64,000 bases of DNA, taken from NCBI GenBank assembly GCA_964252035.1, contig OZ176203.1; one strand, written 5' to 3'. Positions 13,000 through 26,890 of the stretch are shown here, piece by piece (position 1 is the stretch's first letter; every line of letters begins with the position of its first letter). The notes under the pieces were generated by a model. That model saw only the letters and a list, made by a program, of their open reading frames with translations. It ran no database searches and was not told the DNA's origin. Origin of the DNA: Podarcis erhardii. Its lineage: Eukaryota. The translations under genes and the position numbers were made by a program.

Positions 13000-13340
13000 C
13001 CTCTGGCAAAAGCTTTTTTAGTGGGAGCTCCCCTCCTATGGAACACGCAGACTCAGCAATGGCACCCCCATTGCCTCCTTCTCAGTACCAAGCTTTTGAA
13101 TGTTCTTTAGCATTTTTATTGCTATTGCTCTTGGTATCTTGTTAGTCAGATTAATTTTAATGGTCATTGTGTTTATGGCACTATGGTTATTGCTTTTAAT
13201 TGATTCAGCTGTTTGTGTTATGGATTCTTATTTATTTATTTATTTATTTAACTGATTGTTATAGAAGTGTAAAGGTTGCTTTTATTGCCACCTTAAGGTT
13301 TTGGTGTAAGGCGATGAATAAGGAAGAAATAATAACAATG
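13000..13340 (+). mobile_element. L2 LINE 3' end remnant
   Basis: gcttttttagtgggagctcccctcctatggaac resembles the RAFS..AP.LWN.LP coding tail of L2, followed by a T-rich 3' UTR and aaataataac tail. Boundaries approximate. Confidence 0.5.
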
Positions 13341-14348
13341 ATCATATCTACCAACTTTGGGACTAACTGAAATCTTAATAGCAACTAGTCTCATATTAAG
13401 CATGCATACACAGCCACAATATCATGCATAAAATGTGTTATTGCACCAGTATGGAACAGTACCTAAACCCGTCATGCCAGCATGATGGGAACAAAGTTAT
13501 ATAGGCGCACATAACAGTTGCACTACTTTAGGCTGAAAACAATAAGCCTTTACAAGGCAACACTTCAAGGCTCTAATTCATTAGTGGAGTGTGTAGGAAG
13601 ATCATCACAGGCTGCTAAAAGGCACAGATAAAGCAAAACTACGGAAAAGGTTAGTACCAGGTTCTTATAATGGTCATTAAGAAAAATAAAAAATACGTGG
13701 GTATAGCAATGGATGTGCAATAAAATCAGAGGAACTGGGACAGACAGGTAGAATTGTGGAAGAGAATTAATCTATAAAGGCTTGGTAACAATAAAGGTAT
13801 TCTGTAATGGGAACTACGGAGAAGCAAAAAGTCTGTAAAGAGGAATCAGAGGACTACGAGAAAATATTTTTCACACGTAGTTATAAATTATGTGGTAGCC
13901 TATAAATTATGAAAAATTATAGCGTTTCTATTTTATGCCACTCTGTCCAAAACCTCAGGGTGAAATAAAATATTAATATAATATATATATTTCCTAATAA
14001 ATAACAGAAAGTCTAGCAATAATATACAATATTGTAATGCTACCATTAAATTTAATGCAGCAAGCAGAAACCCAAATGTTAACCCACAAATCTGTATACA
14101 TACATTCTGACTCTGGTTTTCCTATGTATGAAACTCTAGCAATAGCATATATGTTTTAGTGGGGCAGGTTACAATACAAAAATAATAATAAAAAAAAATA
14201 AAAATAAATGAAGAAAGCTTACGTTTTAGCAAGGAAAAAAACAGTGGCACCTCCAGCTATATATTAGCATGGGACCTTTATACACCTGCCCCCAACCACC
14301 CAGTTTTAGTCTAACCAGTTCTCACTGTAAACCTATGGACTGGCTTAT

Positions 14349-14538
14349 TACCATATTTATTTGAGTTTAATGTGCCATCAAATCTAATGTGCACCTCAGT
14401 TTTCAGAACCTTGAAACAAAAAACAAAAAAAGGATTTGGCTGGCAAGTGCAAATGTACCATCGAATCTAATGTGCACCTTAATTTTCGCAACGTAATTTG
14501 GCCAAAAATGTGAGCATTAGATTTGAGTAAATATGGTA
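14349..14538. mobile_element. Tc1/mariner-superfamily MITE (coordinates include flanking TA)
   Basis: TIRs taccatatttatttgagtttaatg / cattagatttgagtaaatatggta, TA at both ends, internal motif aatctaatgtgcacct present twice. Confidence 0.75.
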
Positions 14539-17214
14539 GATCCCTGAGGAAGAAAGAACTGGACACATAGTACTAAACACATTGTAAAATACCAAGGGAA
14601 AGCCAGCTACTTACTACCACCTGCTTTTGTGTGTTAATGAAGTGTCTTCAAGGACCAGCCCTTTGGTGTACATCTTCTAGCCTCTGACCATGCAAGTCTC
14701 TAACTGCCTTCACATGCCAGCACTCTCCAAAGTTTGACACTTTGACATAGGAATTCCCTTCTGGCATTTCTTATAGATATTTATAGCACAAACATAACAT
14801 GCCTATTCAGAACTGATCACTGTTTGGTTCAGTGATACTTATTCATACATAAGGGTGTTTAGGATCACAGTCTTAAGAAAGAAATATGGACATAAAGGCA
14901 ACAATTTTCCAATAGCCCTTCCAAAAATTTAACACCTCTCTTTTTTGCATGTTCATAATTCCTTCCTGCTATTTTAATGGTAGAGTTTTAATGTTTTCGT
15001 GATTTTATTTTAATGTGCCATTCGTAAGCTTTGTGGGCTCTTTTGGGTTGAGAAATAGACCAGAATTCGTATATAAATAATCTCTCACACTGAGCAGTAC
15101 TTCCATATCATATAATATTATGCAATAATGTAACATGCTTAAAAGTTGCAATTTACAGAGTCAGCACCTTTAGTTTATTGATAATATATCCGAATACTGA
15201 CCCTAGTGACTGTTCCTAAAAATAGAAGCTATGTGGGAAAGGCATATTTAATATCACCTGACTGAGATAATCTGTGTTTAAATAATATATTTTTGATTCA
15301 AAAAAATATTATGCAATTACTTTCACTTGGATTATACACAACAACAGAGACAGAAGATGAAATATTTGTTGAAAAATAAACATAGATTTGACATAGTAAT
15401 AAATGCATTCCAAATACAACGTAGTGTTTCTAGTTGCAAAAACAGTATTTCCTCGGTAAAAATAAATGTTTGTTATTTAACTTTATTAACTATGTGTTGA
15501 GTCTGACTATTTAGTCCTCTGACTTACATCTGATACCAAAGCTAGAAGCTAAAGAGAATCCCTTATGCAGCAAACAGATGAGCTTGGAAGCCAGTTTTGC
15601 ACATGTAATCTAGTAGAAAACATTTGTGTTCAAACAGTCTATGTTGTTTATGTTAAAATTCTGACAGAACCAATTTCTCTTTAAGGGGTAGAATGATGCA
15701 GCTTGCTGAAAAGAGGGGTTCTTTTAAAACTAAGGTATTCTTAGATTTATAATTTCTCTCCGTCTTGTTCCTCACAAATGCATAAGGCATGCATCACCCA
15801 GTTGATCTACTCATGTTTCTCACGAGCTTTTAAGAATCAAATACTTCTGGAAAAAGATAGGCTAAGTTATTGAATACTGTATGTATTATATTACATGTGT
15901 TGCAAGCAATGTTGGATATTGGAAAATCAGATTATCTTAAAGTATTGTTAAGCAATTTCTTGTAATATTTTAATCTCTCTCTTTCTATACCTGCAAAGGT
16001 GCAGGGAGCGGTGGCACCAGTGCAATGAAGTAGATTGTGGCAATTCAGGATAATGCAGCTACACCAGAGCATCTCCTGCATGCAAGCCATGTACAAGGCA
16101 AATAATGGTGGAAAGGGAATGCTGAGAAGATAGCACAGATACCTAGTGACCTGTAAGCATGATCCCTCTTTGTTTGGGAGGCAGGAGGGTGAGCAGCAGA
16201 GAATGAGTGGGTGGTGTTAGGACAGAATTTGGGATGAAGTAAAGAATCAAGTGGGACAAGATCAAGGCATAAATTGGTTGTAAGCACTGCAACTACCTCT
16301 TGACCCCAAACCACCGATGTCAGACATGATTGGAATTGAACACGCTAATAATGGTCAGAATCCAACGAATCATGAAGCTAGTTCTGTGTGCTCACTGTGC
16401 TTTCAATACATTCTCTGAATAGTAGCTCTCCCCCATCTTCAACGAGTTGAATGGCAAACCCTTTTGAAACTAAGGTTGATCTCAACAGCCGTTTGTTTCA
16501 TGGTATTGAGGGGTCTTTTGTTGAAAGAGCAGCTTGTTGGATAACGATAATAATAGTGATAATAAAATGAGACAGCATGAAAATAAAAAAAAACAATTAA
16601 ATACATGCTTAAATAAAATAAGACCATGCCTTCAGGATTCCCGGAGGAAAGAACACGAAATTAAAAGAGAGAGAAAAAGATCTAAAGCTGTATTTTACCA
16701 CTGCAGTTTAAAAGGGAAGGCAAGATATCATTATAAAACCATCATTATAAAACCTTCCAAGAGATTTTATTGTCTGCCTTTGGGAGAATAGAAGGAAGAG
16801 AGAAGCAGAAAGCTTTCTGTTTCCTCTCCTATCTCCACTTACTATCTTCGAAAGAAAGACAAGCGGATTTCTCTTCTGTGACTCATAGAATAAATGTAGT
16901 TATAGATGCTGCACACTATGTTGTCAAGCATAAAGCTGAACATCATCTTCACAAATATAGGAATATGTAGAACTATTCTGATTTGCAGTAACAATCTGGG
17001 TTTCATTATTATTACTATTTTAGAATGGTGTGTATATAATAAGGAGAATGTAAGTTGAGAAGTTAATGTGCTTAACAAGCAGCCATTGTGCACATTCACC
17101 AGGCCTCATGGAGGAGCATGTGCACACAATCCTTCCAGGAAGAGGAAACTGTGCACATTTCCCCGTCCATATATATAAACAGGCCTTGGATAAATCCACA
17201 TTCCCTAAAACTCC

Positions 17215-17388
17215 ATAGTGCATCTGTAACAACAAAACCGGACACCTTTATCTGCCCCAGCTGCAATAAAACATGTTGCTCCCATATTGGTTTTTACAGC
17301 CACAGCAGGCACTGTAACTCTCCAACGGTTTGACTTTACCCCAGATGCTGCACTTTTCCATTGTCTCTCAATACAAATTGATGTCAAC
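17215..17388 (+). mobile_element. RTE-clade LINE 3' terminal fragment
   Basis: Encodes PDTFICPSCNKTCCSHIGFYSHSRHCNSPTV*, the C-terminal C2H2-type finger of RTE ORF, followed by a short 3' UTR (ccattgtctctc...gatgtcaac) that aligns by eye with the tail at 31906-32010. Confidence 0.8.
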
Positions 17389-18391
17389 TAATCAGGATCA
17401 TTTTATGTTTGCACTTGTGTTGCTGCTTCTAGAACAGATGGGTAAGGCTGCAGACCTATCCACTCTTAAATGGAAGTAACCCCTGTTGAACATAGCTAGA
17501 CTTAGTTCTGAGTAAGCAGGCATACAATAACAATGCAGCTGCTGTTCTAAACTGCCATCAGTTGCTGAATATAATATAATATAAACTTTATGTCAGTACT
17601 TTAAAAATAGATGCTTTGATAAATTTGCATGCTAAGGTCAAATGGAACCTGGCATCAGGAACAAAATAATACTTTAAAAACTGAACTGTGCATACCTTTG
17701 TTGCTACAGTATATGTGGTTGCAAAATTTAAATGATGCTGATAGCTTATAAATAATGTAACCAGGATTGGGGTGCATAAAAAGGAAACTATAAAGGTGAA
17801 AAATTTCAAGAGACCCTTGAGGCAAAAAATAGGAGAACATCCAACAATACAAATGTCATTGCAATAGCATGACATTGTAAATCACACACACACACACGCA
17901 AATTTGCCATTTGAGAAATAACGTAGTTGTAAATCCTTTAAACTAAGTTTTAAATCCCCTATAAAAGTTTAAATCCTATTTTACCCTAGGGAATGCATGC
18001 CATGCAAGAATGGGTTAAGTAGGGTTGCCATTATAAATTAGCTCAAGGAAAAAGCATTAAATATACAGTATAGGGGCCAATTTTATCCAAGCGCAGAAGC
18101 TGAGGAAAGGTGGATAAGATTGCTATAGGCCAGGGCATTCTTTCCTATTCTTCAAGGATTCTCTTTCACATGGCTTTGCTACTAACCATAAATGCTAACT
18201 AAGTGCCTGTTAAGGGAGCAGATTGCTTTAGCCATTTGGATGGCCATCTCACAGCCTGCTCCAAAGGATGTGGTGGCCATGAAACTGGTTTGCCTATTCC
18301 AAGGGTGGGCTGTGGGCCCACTAGCTCAGAAGAAGCAGCCTGCAGTTTGGCCAGGGGGGGGGGGAAGGCAATTTCAATTAAAAAGACTGAA

Positions 18392-18490
18392 TGGATCAGA
18401 CTATGGTCCATTTAGCCCAGCCTCTCATTCCCACAGTGGCCAACCAGATGACTTGTAAAGTTCATAAACAGAGCTCAAATGCAATAGCCC
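18392..18490 (-). mobile_element. CR1-type LINE 3' remnant
   Basis: ggatcagactatggtccatttagcccagcctctcattcccacagtggccaaccagatg matches a recalled squamate LINE 3' end in reverse orientation. Confidence 0.5.
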
Positions 18491-18698
18491 TCCCCCAAAC
18501 TAGGGGAGGCAAAATACAATTCCAAGTACAACCCCTAGCATTTCCCATTAAATTGGTGTCTGGTAAGAAGACTGGGACAGATCTCTGCTCAGGAATATAA
18601 AGTGGGTAGTCGTGTTCTAAGCAGGACCGATTGACTCAGCATAAGACACTTTAGATGTCTAATATATATTCAGTATGTGCTGCTGCTTTCAGAAGGCA

Positions 18699-18858
18699 GG
18701 GGCCAAAGCTCAGTGTTTTAGTTCAATTCTTGGTATCTCCAGTTAAGAGAGTTAAATAAGGGGTGAAGGCAAATACATCTGCTTGAGACCTTGGAGAGCA
18801 GACAATACTCAAGAAGGTGGGCATTCATCTGACCTTGAATAAGGTAGCTTCCTATATA
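18699..18858 (+). mobile_element. tRNA-derived SINE (Squam2-like), degraded and internally deleted
   Basis: Head ggggccaaagctcagtg, B-box gttcaattc, body gagaccttggagagcagacaatact, tail aaggtagcttcctat. Confidence 0.65.
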
Positions 18859-20242
18859 CTTATGGCATGGATGTTCCTGTGAATCTGGTAGTGTGCTGTT
18901 TGCTTATTTATGATCCCCTACCATATTTGCTCAACTGTCATACCTGCACAGCTCAGGCAGCAGGGGGGGAAAGGCGGGAACTGCAGGAGCAGCTGAAAGT
19001 GGCAGAATCATCTACCGGTAATTAGTGGTGAAGCGAAAATCCAAGGATTTAATGAAAGAATGTATTTAGAACAAAAGTGTGCAAACTGTACAACTCCTCT
19101 CTTACATCCCCAACTGCATTTCATTAGCATTAACATGGCTCTCAATTAATCTCAGTAATTTGTAACAGCTATTCTGATGCACCCACTTGAGTACTGTATT
19201 ATCTTGATACTGCTGACATTTGCATGCCTTGGGGGGTGGGGGGAGGAAGAGATATTTATCGTCCTTCAAATATGCTGAGCCTTTCCCATTCTTTGTTTTC
19301 CCTGTTTTAAGAAGAAACAATTTCTCACAGTTTTCTTACTACAGCTGTTTATGAATAAAGAAGGAAACAAAGGCCTTGATCCAGAAATGGGACTTATGAG
19401 CTTCTGTGTTCACAACAGGACTGCTGTCTTTCATCTGACCTATGCTTACCCCCTACTTTTCTTGACTACATTGCAAATGACTTTTGTAATGTGAGAATAA
19501 TTAAAAGACACCCCTGTGCTATTTTGAATGAGGGGTGGGTACAGTTCAGATAAGGCAAGAAGCCATGACACAGTGGCAAATAACCTCTTATCACCAGCTG
19601 CACCCCAAAACACTCTACATGCTTTAAATTGAATTATTTCCTCACTCTTACTTCTTAATGTTTAAATCCCATATTTTTAAAGGCTGTATTTTCCTTACAT
19701 AGGAATGATTCATTTATCAATATTCATTAACAAAAAGCTTCACTAATCCTCAAAGATAAATGCTAAAAACCTAAGAATAGCAGAAAAACAGCACACCAGT
19801 TGAGTCAGGAATGAGATCAAGCTGGGCTGAGTGTCAGATCAAAAGGATAAATCAGTAACATGCTGAGTTCAGGCAAGGTGGTCAACTGCTAGGAGATCTG
19901 GAAATTAGCCAGCAGTCAAGGAACCAGAGGAGCAGTACAGACAGGAACAGCGTCCAAAGTTTAAAAAGCAAAATGAAAGCCAGAACAGAGCAAGATGAGA
20001 GAAAAACAAGTAGCCAGAAGCTTGCGAAGTCTGGGGCAGCAACAGTCAAGGAAGATACTTTGCTACTTTGCATCTCTGTTGATGATTACTAGGTGTCTGC
20101 TTACTCAAGGCCAAAAAAAGGAAGATTTGCATCCCCCCAAAGAGGAAAGAATACACAGATTTGCATACTATATATGTACAGATGCACATTTAAATAAGGA
20201 TAATTTAAATATGAATACAAAGCTAAAGACAAAGGCTCTCAT

Positions 20243-20293
20243 GAAGAAGAAGAAGAAGAAGAAGAAGAAGAAGAGGAGGAGGAGGAGGAGGAG
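20243..20293. repeat. (GAA)10(GAG)7 compound microsatellite forming the tail of the adjacent SINE
   Basis: Counted directly. Confidence 0.95.
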
Positions 20294-20530
20294 TTTGGAT
20301 TTGATATCCCGCCTTTCACTCCCCTTCAGGAGTCTCAAAGCGGCTAACAATCTCCTTTCCCTTCCTCCCCCACAACAAACACTCTGTGAGGTGAGTGGGG
20401 CTGAGAGACTTCAAAGAAGTGTGACTGGCCCAAGGTCACCCAGCAGCTGCATGTGGAGGAGCGGAGACGTGAACCCGGTTCCCCAGATTACAAGACTACC
20501 GCTCTTAACCACTACACCACACTGGCTCTC
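20294..20530 (-). mobile_element. Young tRNA-derived SINE (Squam3-like, L2-type tail)
   Basis: Reverse strand reads gagagccagtgtggtgtagtggttaagagcgg (A box)...gggttcacgtctcc (B box)...gtgaccttgggccagtcac...gcgggatatcaaatccaaactc. The 9-bp direct repeat ggctctcat occurs at 20234-20242 and 20524-20532. Confidence 0.9.
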
Positions 20531-23500
20531 ATAACCAAAGAATTAAGGTAGGCCCACACATAAACAATTGCCACAAACTGGGTTTACAGTACTTCCCCTC
20601 CCCCAGCCACCAGTGTTTGTTCACTTGAGTTCATTTCTTTCTCCCTACCTCCCATACAAACATATACACAACATTCATCCATCCCCTCTGTCTGTCTCTC
20701 TCTCTCTTCCTGCCCCCCCCCCCGGCTCACTTTCTTGTGGCCTGAATGGTGGACAAGATGTTGGAAGATGGAAATGGGAGGACTTCCTCCTTCAAGAAGT
20801 ATTAACCATTTTTCTGCTTCCAAATTATTTTCTTCCTTTCCTTGATGATCTAGAAACTGTTGGAAGATCTGTGCAGTACTTGTTACATTTGTAGTTTAGA
20901 AAGGAAAATGTAAGATAGAGGAAGAAAACACTCTAGCATCCAGACTGGAATCTGGACAGAACCTTAAAATGATGGGCCATCTGGGACAAAAGAGGACTCC
21001 TAGCCAACTGATGGAGTGGTGCTGCCCTTTTCTGTGAATGCAAAAACACACTAGCTAAAAGGGAATGGGAGGTGGCATTCTTCTGGGACCTGGATGCCAC
21101 AATAAAGAAATAACCAGCAATCTATAATCTGGAGTACTTCTAAGATGCTATGCATTGTCTACCTCATACAAAACATAAAGGGAACAGATAAGCTTACAGG
21201 AAGTTTCTTTTTTTGTGGGGCAGGGGGAGACAGAGACTTTACATATCAAGAGAACGCCAAAAATGCTTGGTCAAACAACTGTTTGAATCACCCTCACTAA
21301 GCTGATCTTGATTGCTAGTAGAAGATGCAAATCTGAATCATTCTGCCTCCCCACATTTCACCATTTTTTTAAAAAACTGAAAACTTTGATATTCCTACCA
21401 TCTCATATATATTATGTTGCAATACAATCACTATATGTTGAAGCAATGTTACCAGTTAAACAGCTATCAGAGTCATGGAGCCTCTGCAATAAACAAATAT
21501 TCTGTTTGTACCTCCAATAAATTATTTGATGCTGTAGACTGAGAACTAGAAGTGCAATAAAACCAGCTCAGAACCCTTCAGCCACAACTTTATTTTTGTA
21601 GCTCTCTGTTCCAAAACATTCCATTTTGCTTATTTCTTACTTTTTCTTCTTCTTTTTGCAGCTACCTCTACTCAGATATCATTCTGAGTATACATTTACA
21701 TTTTTCTTTAAGAGTCTTGCACCCTTTCCAGAACTGAAAGGCTGTAATTATTTTTCATCATTGGAATTAAATTGTGGGAGATTTCAGAAACAAAGAATAA
21801 TGATAAAGTTATTAGGAGCTAAAAGCAATTGGTTTAATGGCTTTTAGCTCTTAATAAGCTTGTTACATTTAACACATTTTCATGCTAATAGTTGCTGTTC
21901 AGTTACCACAGCTGTTTCCTACGTGTTGTCATGATTTTTCTTGCCTACTCATGTCATGAAATTCTGTCATCTTCTTTGCCCATTCCCAAAGAAAGCTTTG
22001 CTGAGAACCGAGTAGCTGCGAAGAATAGCATCTGGCATTACTAACAGAAACAGGAGGTATTTCAATAAGCAGGGCTGCTTGTACATGAAAAGTAACAGGC
22101 ATCTCAACTCGTATATAATTCCAGGATTTTATTTTGCTCTGTTTAACAAAAAACAAAAAAAAAATTCCACAATGTAAAGCCACTAGAGGCAACAGATTCC
22201 AAGCCATGTAAAGAGGCAACAGAAAATAATTTAATCCCACTTGAGAAGGGGGGGGGGGCGACCAATTAACGTTTTAACAGTGCAATCCTAACTATATCTA
22301 TTCAGAAGTCAGTTCTAATGAATTCAGTGAGTGAGTGGGGACTGAAGTCTCACTCTGTTGTTCCATGGAACTCGATGAGACTACAACACTGGAAACAGAA
22401 ACTGAATAGTTGTATATGTTATAAAGCTCCTCAGAATGGAATTGGTTTTATAAAGAACTGCAGTTAACTTTAATTGTTTATTATGTTTTCAACTTTAGAC
22501 TACAATCACTAATTTGTTCCTTATCCCAATACTCTTACATGCTAAAGATTAAACTTGAATGTGAGAACTCTCTTATGCATAGTTTTTGAGGACAAAATTT
22601 TTATTTGAAGGCCTGATTTTAAAAGGGCAAAATATTATCTTCTCCTAGGAAGATATAGTATAGAAAATGGAGGGCCTCATTCAATTGTTTTATTGTTGTT
22701 ATTAAGTATTACTGTCGCTCAAATTACTAAACACACACAAAGTAATAATACATTCATTCAAATAAAAAACTAGAAAAAAAAACAAAAATAATTCCTGAAA
22801 CCCATTCCAGGTGTACAACAGCAGTACCACACTTAATAAAGAAAAGTATAGATCTTTAACCTGACTCCAAGTTATCTGTTATTGCAGACAAATTTCACTT
22901 GCGCCTTCTACGCATGCCTCATTAAATTCAGCAGGGCTTGCTCCTAGATAAGGGTGTACAGTATATGATTGTAGCCTTGAGAATGGAACCTTGTCGGTAA
23001 TGTAGAAAGAAGTATTTGGAGGGGACCAACTTTAACAGCAAAAGTGTCATGTGGATCCCTTACTCTCTTTTCCTGTGTTTTTTACCCAGCCACGATCACT
23101 ACCAGTTATTGGAGTATAAAGACTTTGGCTCTGAAACTTCAGCTTCTTGAGTATAGCTGCCTTGACCCATGAAACTGCCATGTGTTTGGACAGGATTTTA
23201 ATAGATCCTTGGCTCAGACTGTCTGGCATAACTTCTGGCTTTCTTTTTACTGTTGCTAATTTGGTTCATGGGTCAAAGGTTCTGTATGGCTGTCCTAGAA
23301 AATGATCTAATTTAGCATGTTTATTGTATTTGTAATTAGTAAAAAAAGCTAAAAAGCTAAATATTGCCCAACATTGTATTTAGAATTGACATAATCAGTT
23401 CATTGTAACTAATAAACTTCTGAATCATAAACTTTTCAACAGAAAAATAAAACGCTGGATTTTGGGGGGGGGGCCACATCATTGTCTACAACAGCTAGGA

Positions 23501-23674
23501 ATTTTTATTTTTTTTTAAATGAAATCTGGAAATCTGGGGATTATGGCTCACTGGGGGAAGCAACTGTTCCTCTTGCTTCTCCCCTATGAACACCTATCAC
23601 TGTCACCTTGGGCCAACTGCTGTCAGTCAAAAGTACTGCAACTTCATGTATACCACCCTGAGCTCTCCTTGGAG

Positions 23675-23800
23675 CAGTGGTTCTCAACCTGTGGGTCCCC
23701 AGATGTTGTTGGACTACAACTCCCATCATTCCTGGGGTGATGGGACTGATGGGAGTTGTAGTTCAACAACATCTGGGGACCCACAGGTTGGGAAAGGCTG
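23675..23800. mobile_element. hAT (Charlie-like) hairpin MITE with perfect TSD
   Basis: cagtggttctcaacctgtgggtccccagatgttgttggactacaactcccatc ... gatgggagttgtagttcaacaacatctggggacccacaggttgggaaaggctg. The 8-bp TSD ccttggag is identical on both sides. Confidence 0.93.
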
Positions 23801-26787
23801 CCTTGGAGGAAGGGCATGACATAGAAACAAAAGATACATAAAAGTGGCAGAATCTCTAACAATCAGCTGAGTAATACCTCCTTACTACATGAATAGCTGT
23901 TGCTTGTTCGATGCCAATGATAGCATTTTGAAGGGAGGATATAATAATACCAAATGCAAGCCGTGGGAAAAGGATATGACAAATGTGCTCATTTTGTTTC
24001 CCTCTTCTGAAAGGTTGAATGCTTAAAAGATTTTTGATTATATTTTCATGGTTTCTAAGTTCTAGGGTTAAATGGTGCACAGGTGACATTGCCTTATAGT
24101 CTTTGTTAGTTCTAAGATACAGACCTTTAAAACCATATTTTTGTCTTCCATAATTTCAAGGGAAAGAAAAAAAATGCATTTCAATGATGTATCACATGTT
24201 AGTACTTAAGAGGCTGCATTTAGATTTTTCTTCCTTCACACTGTATTTTTTTCTGCACCATTTTTGGAGCAAACATTGCAGGAAAGAGTCTTAAGAAAGC
24301 TCTTTACTGAACAGAGCCCATTAAGCCATCTGATCACTTTACAGACAACTTGAAGAGAAGTTCTTAGGTACTATAGTGAGAGTTTTACTGTGAAGTGTAA
24401 TTTATAAATGGGCTCTAATGCTTCTCCCTGTTTCTTTCCATGACACTTTTTATGACACCAATTTTGCTGCTTTGTAGGGGAAAAGGGATTCCCAAACGGA
24501 AAATGAAAACCTAGTTGCATGACAGCAAATCTATTAACTGCAACTTGAAATTGAATATATTATTATAGTATGTGTTTACACCTTAGCAGAAATGATGCAT
24601 TTTTATAAGTATAACTCTCTGTATAATGCTACATTACCAATTCCAAGCCTTAAATGTATTGTAGTATTTGTGAATAGGGATACTAAACTAACATTTATAC
24701 TGTCCTTCAAAATAATTGGCTTTTTGTTACAAGGCACCTATCTGAGAAGGTTTTCCAAGTATATTCCCTCAGTGGAGTCATATTCATTCTCAGGTGTGAC
24801 TTTTGTAGGACTTCAGAATGTGTAATTGAACATACACCATATTGCTGATGCACAATTAGTAAAGTCAGCATTGACTACAATGGGACAAGTAGTCTCTTCA
24901 AAGCTATCTAGCTTCAAAGGAAATTTCACACAGCAGGCTGCTGGAAAGATTTAAAAAAATTATGGTAGCAGTCAACAAAAAATCAGATGTTAAAACTATC
25001 TAAAATTAAAATTGAGTACAATAATATATAGAAAACTTGTCATATTTTATTTTGTCAAATCTCTGGGCATATATCCCAGTCTGCTTCAATTATTTGCATA
25101 CTGCAGTACTTAAATTGATCCATGTCAGCTTTGATAGAAATCTTAGCTCAAATAGCAATTATAGTTTTTGTTTTGCATGTAATTAGGACAGCTATGGAGA
25201 ATGAGTAAAAAAAAAAAAAAAAGCTCTTTACATTGTTCCTATTTACTCAGCTATGTTTCAGAAAGACATATAGAAAAATAAACTGAAAGTTCTATTTGTT
25301 AATACTTTGTTGATAGTCCAAGTAATTGAGCCAGAGTCTTTAACACAAATGATTCTTTGTAGCTTTTTAGTCTGTTTATTCCAACCGATGTACAGCTTGT
25401 ATGCATTATATGAATATGATGTCATCAATACAAACAAATTTTACCCACAATTTTACCTCAAACCTTTGCCTGATGGTCTTGGGTATAGATGCTTGGCAAG
25501 TATTTTTGTTTTAATGTTTACTGGAATCTGTCAATCATCTGTCAATTATATCAAGAAATAAGCTTCTTCTGTTTATATTATGTCTACTAATATCTCCTAC
25601 AGTTATATGAATATGGTAAATGTTTACCCTGATAAATAGTGTAATGGGAGCGTTTGACCTACATATTAGCCTTTGATTCACATATTCATTCAAATCTCAT
25701 GGAGAAACTAAAGTTTCACTCTGTTCCCAACTTTTGGAACCTCTGCCTCTGAGCACAATCCTGTGTTGTGTTTACTCCAAATCAAGTTGTATTGTGTCCA
25801 GTAGGCATACTTCCAGGTAAGTGGATTATATTCTCTGAAATATAATCCAAATTCTTGAAGAGAGAGAGCTTACATATTCTTTAAACCCCAATTCTGACTC
25901 TTATGTTTTGAAAATGAATATCAAAAGGCTTTATCTGAATTTCTTTTCCAGATATTACTACCCATCCTTTCCAAGCAGAAGTTAGCAGTGACTTCCTGGA
26001 GTCTTTCAGGATAGCCATTAAGATCTTTAGATATCTGATCTTAAGTTTATGTGCCTCATTCATATTTCACACTGCTAGAGCAAGGAAACCAAGTGCCTCG
26101 CCTTGGCAAAGAGTACTAAGGCTCACAGCATCCAATTAATTTCTTTCTCCACAAAGAAACTGGAGTAGCTTACCTGTAACTGGTCTGGGAGATGGTCCAC
26201 AGTGTCACACATATGGATGACTAGGAAGTGCTTCCTGCAAGGAGGGAGGGCAGGAGCACATGCTAAGTTGCCAGCCATGCAACCCAGGAAATACTTATCA
26301 GTCATCATAGGTTCTCACCTGACTCAACCTAATGTATCATAGAAACCATCCTAGTTAATCTCTAAAGTCCTAACATTATACTAGGGGGAACACTTTCTGA
26401 ATGTCTGTGTAATCATGACACAGATACACTGAGACAAATTTATGCCTTGCTTGCAACTGTATTTGTTCTACAAGTTTTCATTTTATGTTACAGAGTTGGT
26501 CACAGAACTACCTTGAGAAGGAACTTCAGTGACTAGAACACACAAAACAGGGAGCAGCTGATAGCCAAAGACAATAGGCCTTTTTGCTAGTAGTCATGTA
26601 TTATGAAGAAAAGAGAAGGTCAAATGTTAACCACTCTCTCTTTATGCAGGCTGATTTCTCCTTTCACCACACCATCTACATTTGATAACATCTCTACCCA
26701 CAGCAGATTCATTTCTTTATAAACTATTCCAGGGTTAGTTATTTGATCCTTAAAAATCACCTCACTAAAGGGAGCTTCTTAAGAGTT

Positions 26788-26890
26788 GTATCCAATGTTA
26801 GTCATACTCATCATAGACCCACTGAAGTTAATGGACATGATTGACATAGGGCCATAAATTTCACTACCCTGTGTAGAACTTTCCTGGATT
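26788..26890. mobile_element. Degenerate palindromic MITE-like repeat
   Basis: tatccaatgttagtcatactcatcatagacccactgaagttaatggacatga...ggattc resembles a common lizard hairpin repeat. Confidence 0.45.

Noticed and set aside
19995-20534. 179-aa ORF with poly-Lys/Arg
   Set aside because: It is produced by the (GAA)n(GAG)n tract and the antisense strand of a SINE; it is not a gene.
25881-26063. Peptide vaguely like an L1 ORF2 C-terminus
   Set aside because: The similarity is too weak and has no supporting flanking motifs.
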